DNA of 63,671 bases, counting the filler, from Octopus bimaculoides (taxonomy: Eukaryota): NCBI RefSeq assembly GCF_001194135.2. It is 5 parts of 4 records of this genome, joined end to end, with 100 filler letters (N's around TTAATTAATTAA, not from the genome) between each part and the next. Parts side by side here need not be neighbours in the genome. Positions count along the whole stretch, not along the records: positions 21,576 to 32,264 come from NC_068982.1; positions 32,365 to 53,727 come from NC_068982.1; 3 more parts are not named here. One strand, written 5' to 3'. The translations under genes and the position numbers were made by a program. Under the pieces are notes generated by a model. It had not been told where the DNA came from. It searched no databases and saw nothing but the letters and a program-made list of their open reading frames with translations. Of the stretch, positions 26,271-36,125 are shown in pieces (the stretch's first letter is position 1; each line of letters starts with the position of its first letter).

Positions 26271-29200
26271 ATTTGAACCATATAGGATAAATAAACCAAC
26301 ATACAAGAGAATAAATTACAGCAAATATATATACAATGTAGGTACCATAAAATATAAAATTTGAGGAAAAACAACATAAGCTTTAAATTTTGACAGGATA
26401 AATAAAGTCTAACTTTAATAAAGAGATTTTTACCACAATGGAGGGTAATATTTTGTAAATAATTAAATAAATAGATTGATAAATAAATATTCTGCAATCA
26501 TATTTGTCACTAATGATACACTAAAGTATTGGCTGATTGTCATGTATATAATTTAGTTTTCCAGTAGATGATACAAGAAACATAGTTTTTGTGTATTGTA
26601 TTTTATAATAATGTAATTGTATATTCTAATTATCTGGAACTGATTTCAGTCTTTTTTAATTATTTCACTTTATTTGTGTAGGGACAAGAAAACATCAGAA
26701 AGGTGTGACTAGCTGCTTTTCTAAAAAATTATTATATAAATGAAATTACACCAACTAAGAATGAAAAAGAGGATATACACTATGATTGTGAGAAAATCAC
26801 TACCATATGAAAATATGACCATTCAGTAATTTTTAAATATTTGTAATGACATTTTATTAAGAATAAAATAAAGACTCTAATAACATAATTTTAACTACGA
26901 AACAATTGTTGACATTTGTGAGATGTTCAATGACACACAACTATATCAACAAAAAAGCCAGCTGATAGTTGATATGTAGACTTTTACTAAACGACACACT
27001 GCTATGACTAGATCACTTCTGAACCATGCTCTTCCTCTCTTTCTCTCTCTCTCTCTCTCTTCTAGTGTAACCAAAAATTCTACCTTTTGGAATTGCTGAT
27101 TGTGAACCTACTACCATCTAACTTTCCTCTCCATATGACTGTATCCAATCCTCTAAGTATACTTCCATAACATTCTTTTTCAGAACTCTACCTGTAGAAT
27201 TTAATGCCTTGAATGTCTTTGCTACCTTGAAGTCAAATTAATCAGCAACAAGTGATTGTCATATATCCAAATTCCATATTAACCAGCCTAACTTGACCCA
27301 ACTATCCCTCTCCTTTACTGCCAAATTGGCCGTAAAAAGACTGGACACTGTCTTTCTTACTCAAAAGAAATTGAATTAAAATAAATAAGAGGTTTATAAA
27401 AAAATACTATAAATCTGAATGAGAAAAAAATTCATATCAATAAATTATATACTGAAATATTTGAATGATAGCAAAAAATTTCTAATTTTTACTTTTAAAC
27501 CAAGTGTGGGCAAAGATACAAATCATATATAAAAAAGGATGGGAAATGCATATCTGAAGAGAAGACATTTAAATTGAAACAGATTTTGTTATTCTTATAT
27601 TTGAAATAAAATTTGCCCCAAAATTTACAAAAATAAATACTATTTGCAACCACTTTGAAGGAAAATGTAGAAACATTGCAAGATAATATGGACCCAGTTT
27701 TCTACAATATGAATATGCTACAATATGAATAATCATTTCTAAATATGTGACTTTTGACAAGACATGTATTTTTCAAACATACAGCAATGAACAACTATAA
27801 TTCCCAAACTAGATGCTTACAAGAAAAACAATTCTTCTGTTCTTAAACTAAACTTGTACAAATATTCCTACTTCTGATGATGTAGTAATTAACAATTTTC
27901 CTGTATGTAAATATCTAAAATGAATTTTAGAACAAAATAAAATCCAGATTTCAAAAACTCAATCTGCACTCTTATATTGCTTTCCATTTTCCTCCCTTCC
28001 AAAATTAAAACTATTTATTTGCTTTTAAAATTCATACAAAATATTTTAGCCATAAGTAGATAGCCTAACATTTTCTCACAAAAAGAAGTTCTGAGACAAA
28101 TATTTCTAAAGTGAATTTTAATTTTCAGAAATTCAGTAATTATTTATCACTTTGCTAAAAGATGGTAATAATTGATCAAAACTTGATAATATCTTCATCT
28201 ATACAACTTCAAAAGTAAAGAAGGAATGGAATAAATATTTGTAAGCACAATGAAAAAAATAAAAGATATAATAGCATAAGACTGCAACACTAAATTCTAT
28301 AACATAATTACTGAGGACTGAGAATTATTGAAAACTATACTGAAGTATATGGTAAAATAGTAAATAAAATTAGGATGTAAAGAAATATTGATTTCTGAGT
28401 ATTGTTTCATCTGATGATACAAAATTTTCATTTGATTGCAATCCAAGAATTTAAAGAATTTTTGCTCATTCTAACTACCATTTCTAAGTAATGTTATTAG
28501 TGATGTCCCTCAGTTTGTAAATCAAAGAATAATACAAGTACAATTGTGATATAGGAATTACACATTTTTTTTAAAAGTAAGTATACACAGTTGAAAAATT
28601 AGATTCTGTATTAAAACTTCAGTTCCATTTTGATACTGATAAATAATTTAGTTTGTCTCTATGATAGCATTAATGGGCAATTCCTATATTAAAATACTTT
28701 TAAAAAAGAAAGGCACCTACATACTAGTTTAGATACTTCTTTCTAAATTAACTAATGGAATCATAGCAAACATTTGAATTGTATTTTTAGAAATCTGCCA
28801 AAGTACAATTATTGCAAAGCTGCTCATAGTGAAGCACACTAAAAGACAATGCTACAATAAATCATTTAAGTGAGACAGAGTTATGGCTGCCAAACAACAA
28901 ATACAATACAAAACAAGAAACAAAATAGTACCATTTAGCAAATATGGACAGTTTACATAAAATTTTTGAATATTTGTTTCACACAAGATAGATAACAATA
29001 TGTAAACCATGGAAAGCTCTTCAGCTGAGAATAAGCAACAAAATAGATACAAACGTGATCTTAAATGCTGATTTTTAAAGCACACATTAATTTTCAATTG
29101 TGTAGGAAAATTAATTCTAAATAATGTCTTTTTAAATTGTAATTTAAATTAAAATTGTGATCAGTTGAAATGGTAATAATAAAATCTAAAATTCAAAAGA

Positions 29201-29844
29201 TCTAAATACTTAAATAAGGATTTGTTACAAAGGTCATGAAATTTAGGAGAGGATATCATCAGTTATATCAACCTCAGCACATGACAGAAGATCAATTTAT
29301 CAACTTCAAGTGGATGAACAGTATAGTAAACTTAATAAGATTTGGACTTAAATGTAAATGCTGCAAAGCATTTAAACCTTGACTCCACTATTTCAGACAC
29401 TTACCACTCTCAATATAATTAAACAAAACCTATTATTGATCCAATAATACTATTAATTCAATAAATCCAATTTCTAAAACTATTTTTATAAAATTTCATT
29501 ATACAAGAAAGTATGATCTAAGTAAGAAATATATTAATTCACAAAAGTTTTATTAAATTTGAAAAATTTTTCTATAAATCTAACATTAACCAGATAAAAT
29601 AACTTGCAATTAAATATTAATCTGAGTTTCCAAAATGATTAACAATATTATAAAAAGATACACTACATGAATTTATTTTCATAAAAAATCTCATTGAATG
29701 TTCATTTTAAATACTTTTCCTTTGAGAAATAGCTAGTGTAAATAATCTATTATTTATTTAAAACAATTATTTTTTTCATAATATCAAATGTAATATTTTT
29801 ATGTTTCAGTGTTGCATATATAAATATAATATAATGGCTGAAAA

Positions 29845-30200
29845 TTTTGGCACAAGGCCAGAATTTTAGTGGGGTGAGTTTATTACATCAACCCTAGTAG
29901 AAAATTGGTGCTTATTTTATTGACAGCAAAAAGATGGAAGGCAATGTCAACCTCAGTGGAATATGAACATAGAGCTGGAGAAAATGCTACTTAGATTTGG
30001 ACTTAAATATAAATGCTGCAAGGAATTTAGACCCTGACTCTACTATTTCAGACACTTACCACCCTCAAGATAATTAAATAAAACCTATTATTGACCCAAT
30101 GATACTATTAATTCTATAAATCCAATTTTTAAAAATATTTTTACAAAATTTCATTATACAAGAAAGTCCAATGTGCTAATGATTCTGCCAGCTCACCACC
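29845..30200 (-). mobile_element. Old SINE family B copy interrupted by a duplicated local segment
   Basis: Body at 29845-29990 and head (GTGCTAATGATTCTGCCAGCTCACCACC on +) at 30172-30200; CpG sites of the consensus appear as TG/CA. Confidence 0.7.
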
Positions 30201-31081
30201 ATTTTATACATGTAAATATAATTCAAAGAAAGTTTTCTAAATTTATGCATGAACATTCCAAACACAAAATTTTAACTAAGTTATGCTAAGTTGTATATTA
30301 AAACTTTTCCTTAGTGAATAAAACAATTAAGATAACATTAAAATAAAATTATGTAGTAATTGGCATAAAATACTTATTATTTTATTTCCTTTAAATTATA
30401 TACAAAATAATAGTAATAATGTGGAAAAACTGAGACATATAAAAATGTAGAATTACTACGGATATAAAGATTGTGGCTATCTAAATTCATAGTTATGCAC
30501 AAAATGCAAGTATAAGGGCTTCTTTTCCATGCAAATGTTTGAACTGAAACATTCTAATCTATGATAAACTAATAAATCATAACCTAACTAATTCTAAATA
30601 TCATATGGCATTTATTAAATATTTTAGATATTCGAGGATATTTTAATACTATATATCTTAAAATAATCCTACGGCTAAAAAGCAGATATGATGAATTTAG
30701 TTTTATATTCAATATACATTTAGCAAAGCAAAAGTGTACAGATTGATTACTTACTATGTAAAATTATTATAAATACCTAAGCAAAGCAACATGCATCTAT
30801 ATGAAAATACGATGAAAGCATTTTCTTTTTATACAGACAGTTATACTCTTTAGATATGAGAAATAACAGAGACCCAACAAAACTATTGACAAATTATTGA
30901 GCTGAAAGAGACATAAAAACAAATACACTGGTTAAGTACATTAAAACACATCTAAATACACATTTAACAGCATGCTACCGAGGCATTGGTAAGCTACAGA
31001 TATTGATGCTTGTGTAAATTCAAGCAGTAGCAGCAAGTGCAGTAGCATAAATTAAATCCCGGATAATGCTCCGCAAAATAC

Positions 31082-32264
31082 CTATATCTTCCACAACTTC
31101 TTCTTTAAATAACTGAAGATCTTCAGGACCAGAAAGGCTACTTTTTGATTCAATCAATACATCTCCTTCATGAATTAAGCTTGGCACAATGGATTTCACA
31201 GCAGAAGCTTCATCATATATATTCAGACTTTGAAGCTCTGGACTGTACAATTCTGATGAAACAATTTCTTCAATGGCAGACTTTGCATCAGTGGATATAT
31301 CAATAACTTCAGATGGAGCACAAACTACATCACTAATATCAATTTTAGATGTCTCAGGCTTACCAATTTCAATGGTTGTAACTTCTGTTTTCTCAACAGG
31401 TTTATCACCAATGCCGAATTGGATAGATATTTCCTCTTTAGTTTCTGGTTTAATATCAACTTCTGTCTTTTCAATTTCAGTAACAACTTTCTCTGGTTTA
31501 CCAATTTCAATGGTTGTAACTTCTGTTTTCTCAACAGGTTTAGCACCAATATCAAGTTGGATAGACATTTCTTCTTTAGTTTCTGGTTTAATATCAACCT
31601 CTGTCTTTTCAATTTCAGTGACAACTTTCTCTGGTTTACCAATATCAATGGAGATAACTTCTGTTTTCTCAACGGGTTTAGCACCAATGTCAAGTTGGAT
31701 AGACATTTCTTCTTTAGTTTCTGGTTTAATATCAACCTCTGACTTTTCAATTTCAGTGACAACTTTCTCTGGTTTACCAATTTCAATGGTTGTAACTTCT
31801 GTTTTCTCAACAGGTTTAGCACCAATGTCAAGTTGGATAGACATTTCCTCTTTAGTTTCTGGTTTAATATCAACTTCTGTCTTCTCAACAGGTTCCTTTG
31901 AAACTACTTCTTTGTGTACAATTTCAGAAGGAATTGTCTCTTGAATTGTAATCGTTTGCAGATCAGTGCTAACAACAGCTGCAGACATAGGTATCTCCAC
32001 ATGTTCTTTCTCTATATCAGTTATATGTTCAATAGTATCAACTAACACATCTTCTGCTGTGCGAATCTCATCACGTACACTAACTGATGTGTCTTTTTCT
32101 TCATCAGAAACTTCTTTAGTTTCCACTTTCTTTTCTTCAGTTGATGGAATATCAAAGAATTCTTCTTCAGAAAGTTCTTCTTCAGCTGTACTCACAACAC
32201 TCACTGATGGAGCACTTATAATGGTCATTTCAGAGATACCTTTCACTTCTTTAGTCACAGGAAT
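31082..32264 (-). CDS. Large internal exon (5' end lost in gap) of an unidentified giant acidic E/V/T/I/K-rich repeat protein; contains ~3.7 tandem 46-aa repeats
   Basis: Stop-free frame from the gap edge (ATT CCT GTG..., IPVTKEVKG...) over ~1.2 kb of otherwise stop-rich AT DNA, with coherent biased composition. Candidate donor ATAG|GTATTT (GT at 31081-31080) is phase 1, matching the acceptor at 22682-22681. Without splicing the frame ends at TGA 31022-31020. Confidence 0.85.
31370..31890 (-). repeat. Coding tandem repeat, 138-bp (46-aa) period, ~3.7 copies
   Basis: Anchor GTTTCTGGTTTAATATCAAC recurs at 31441, 31579, 31717 and 31855 (spacing 138). Unit EKTEVDIKPETKEEMSIQLDIGAKPVEKTEVTTIEIGKPEKVVTEI. 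Confidence 0.95.
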
Positions 32265-32730
32265 NNNNNNNNNNNNNNNNNNNNNNNNNNNNNNNNNNNN
32301 NNNNNNNNTTAATTAATTAANNNNNNNNNNNNNNNNNNNNNNNNNNNNNNNNNNNNNNNNNNNNATATATATATATATATATACATATATATATGAAACG
32401 TTTATGTCGTGAAAAACCACTCCCATGATTTTTAATACAGAATTCTTTTGACCGAACACTAATAATATCACTTGAATGCTATACTGATGATAACATGATC
32501 AATTTTGATGCCATGTCTCAGACGCGAAACCAACAAACCTTACCCATAACACTGTGTCACTCATTATGCCATTCCATTCTACCCTTATTTGTGCATTTCT
32601 CATACTTTTCTGCACAATTTCTGACTGTCATTGCCTGAAACGTCTTCACAATGGTCTTTACTGATCCATCGAATGCCATTGCACAAATGCTTTTTTCTTC
32701 AATTTGATCGAAATCTTGTGACATGTCTGG

Positions 32731-32731
32731 C

Positions 32732-32810
<79 letters not shown>

Positions 32811-32865
32811 CTTGTGTTTGTGTCTGCTTATCTCTCTCACNNNNNNNNNNNNNNNNNNNNNNNNN

Positions 32866-32930
<65 letters not shown>
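32731..32930. repeat. (TATC)n and (AG)n microsatellites flanking a small gap
   Basis: Directly visible. Confidence 0.95.
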
Positions 32931-32935
<5 letters not shown>

Positions 32936-34680
32936 TCAGAGTTATCACCAAGGAGATAAACAATGGTAATGTGATATCCAGACGGAGCCTTAGGTAGCAA
33001 GGGTTGTAGTGAGTAGGGTTAATGATGGAAGAAAGTCTGCATAAGGGAAGAGTTAGAGGAAGTGAAAAGACAAACACGTATATTTATATATTATGCTTAT
33101 ATGAATTATTTTAACGTGCCTACAGGTGTACTTGTTTGGCTTTATGATAAAGTTTCTTGTTTATCATTACATGTTATCGAATTTACTCGTTTGCTGGATT
33201 TAATTACACCAATTTAGGAAATTTAAAATTCCGGGATTTTAACCAATCTTTCTCCAAGTGATCACAGGCTTTCATCACGAGCTTCAGTCAGTGGCTTTGA
33301 TCACGAGCTTCGATCACTGGCTTTGGAATGTTAAAAACATATCTATGTTCATTATCACAAGTCTAATGACAGAAACATTATTGTTATTTTCCCTGACATT
33401 CGATTCATATGAATAAAATGATTTTGCGCAATAGTTGAAATGGAAGTCAGCATATATGCTCACGGTTGTACCTTCGAAATAAGTCTCCTCCATCAGAATT
33501 ATGTATAATCTGTAATTATCGGAAAGGAATACGCTGTTGTTTAGAAGTGTGTATTTAAACCAAGAAAGATTTGAACTATTATAAGATTACAGGTTATAGG
33601 GAAATCCGATGAATCCGTAAACAATGCCTAATGAAGTAGCGGGTTGTCAACTTATTCATGAATGAATAATTGTTTAAAGCAAAATAATTTATCATTTGTA
33701 TATGTACAAATGAAACTGGATGGAGGAATAAACACCGACATCGTTCGTTCTCTCGTTTGTTTACAATGTATGAGAGTAATGCATCATTTCTGTTTATATT
33801 CATGAACCCGTGTGCGAAAATAAGTGTGAAATACTTTTGCAAATGTTGCTGCTAAACAGATAATATATCTTACAATACCAAACTTTCCATATAACACAAC
33901 CCACACCAGATCAATGGAAAGAGTTCCATTATCAAACAATATTCTATTGTTAAATTAATTACGATTAGAATAACTGTTAAATACAAGATACTGAAATTGT
34001 ATGTTATATTTAATGCATATAGCATTAACATTTAAAGTAATATATTTATAAGTAGTTTAGACGACAAACGAAGAAAAAGTAGGAATAGTTCCATCTTCCA
34101 GAAAAATACGTAAGACAATTACGCATTTATTCCATTTATTTTCAACTTCATTTGCGTAAGATATTCACCAAGAAGAGAAATTAAGATTCATATTTAATGA
34201 AGAAATTAAAATAAATTATATATTTCAGACGTAGAAACATGTAAATCTGTAGACATTGAATGAGGCTCTGACGTCATTCCTATTAACTCAGCGAAATGTT
34301 AACGAGTTTTCTAAACAAAATGGACATTACAAGACTATTTAATAGTAGATATATTTTGTATGAAAACAATATTTGTCCAAAACTAATATTAATTATTCTA
34401 CTTCATTATTTAAACTATAACATTAATTATACACACTTAGTACTGTTCTTTACACGGTCACGTGTTCAGAGTACTGGATTGAAATGAATTTCCTTTTTCT
34501 CTCACTTTTACCATTTTAACTTACACTAAAATAAATTTAGCGTTTTATGCATAAAATATTATTGATACAACATTAATTTGAAATGTATTCCAATTTTGTT
34601 ATGTTATATTGCTCAAGTTTAGAAAGATTTACGTATATTGTGTCTTATATCGTATATGTTCATAATATAATCTTAAGATT

Positions 34681-34772
34681 CTTTTCTACTCTACACACAA
34701 GGCACAAGGCCCGAAATTTTAGGGGAGGGAGCCAGTCGATCAGATCGACCCCACTATTCAACTGGTACTTAA
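34681..34772 (-). mobile_element. SINE family B 3' fragment
   Basis: Reverse complement of the 3' half of the 59134 copy. Confidence 0.8.
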
Positions 34773-35207
34773 GATTACAATGAAATTTTTCTTATTCTAT
34801 TTCTATGGTCAACGCATAAGAGACGCAATGATTCATGAGGGAAAGATTTGATCAGTTACCGTAGTCGCAATATAAACCTACTTCTTCTTAATTAAACGAC
34901 ATCTTTGATGTTGTAAACGTACAGGTTGTAAATCGTGAGACAAGTAATGAGTGTAAAAGATGTTAGGGACCTGATATTCTAGGTAGGCTGTAACAAGTAT
35001 ATCCACTACAGCAAGGAACGATAGTTTTATAAAGAGAAATAGGCAAACAGGAGACATAGCTCGTTTTGGAGTGAGGAATTAGATGTCATATGAAGTGAAG
35101 CTAGACGAGACTGGTAATATAGAATTTCTATCCAGCGGAGTTTATGGTATGTTACTCTTTTAGGTGTTTTGTACAATGTTTGGGAATTTCTTCTGGAACG
35201 GATAATT

Positions 35208-35271
<64 letters not shown>

Positions 35272-35810
35272 CACACATATATATATATGTGTGTGTGTGT
35301 ATGTATGTGTGTGTATGTGTGTGTGTGAATGTGTGTGTTTAGTGCCATGGGATATATACATGTACAATCGGGCTGTGCCTTAATGGTCCTAATGGCAGCC
35401 ATTTATTGGTACATGAGATATATATAAAAAATAAGAGAAAATGATGGACGTTCATAGGTTATGAAACCGGTTAATATAGCTTGCTTGTATGTTTTACACG
35501 GCATGGGTAAGCGTGGGTTGTAGACGTACATTATTTATTTCTATCATAAAAGAATGGATTGTACATTTGTATAGTTATATGTGGTTAATTTATAAAATTC
35601 TTACTGCTTAGAAATTAACTACATGTGCATAAATTGTGTGGATTTAAAGAACATTCTGTCGGTTACATGCAAATAATAATCCTCTGTGAATGTTGTGTAG
35701 TTCCGTCCAAGATTATCACTCATATAAATACGTACCATTTGAGAAACAGTAATAAGTTGCATCCTTGTAGCGACATAGCCAGTTCTGGTAATGAATACCA
35801 ATTTATCAAT

Positions 35811-36125
35811 TGTGGCTTAGTGGTTAGGGCATTCGGCTCACGATCGTAAGGTCGTGAGTTCAATTCCCTGCGACGCATTGTGGCTGTGAGCAAGACACTT
35901 TATTTTGCGTTGCTCCAGTTTACTCAGCTGGCAAACATGAGTAGTACCTGCATTTCAAAGGGCCGGCTTTGTCACGCAATGTGTCACGCTGAATCTCCCT
36001 GAGAACTACGTTAGGGGTACACGTGTCTATGGATTGCTCAGTCACTTGCACGTTAATTTCACGACCAAGCTGTTACTTTGATCGTATCAGCTGGGACCCT
36101 CGTCGTCGCAACCGACGGAGTACTC
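35811..36125 (+). mobile_element. tRNA-derived SINE family C (subtype 2: different head and middle, same 3' tail)
   Basis: TGGCTTAGTGG...GAGTTCAATTCC head, GAGCAAGACACTTTATT middle, tail shared with the 8670 and 61248 copies. Confidence 0.85.

Noticed and set aside
27540-27600. Acceptor-like gtcttctcttcAG|ATATG at 27555/27553
   Set aside because: No suitable donor or composition-matched frame follows; chance motif not excluded.
31370-31890. Regularly spaced repeats as a CRISPR-like array
   Set aside because: Contiguous 138-bp coding units with no unique spacers, in eukaryotic context, with no cas genes.
31273-31944. Plus-strand 223-aa ORF and alternate-frame 187-aa ORF; likewise 21914-22432
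   Set aside because: Shadow frames of the repetitive coding exon; the long acidic frame has the splice sites and spans the whole exon.
35811-35880. tRNA gene-like sequences (also 8670-8740 and 61248-61320)
   Set aside because: A- and B-boxes are present but they continue directly into SINE bodies and lack a complete acceptor stem.
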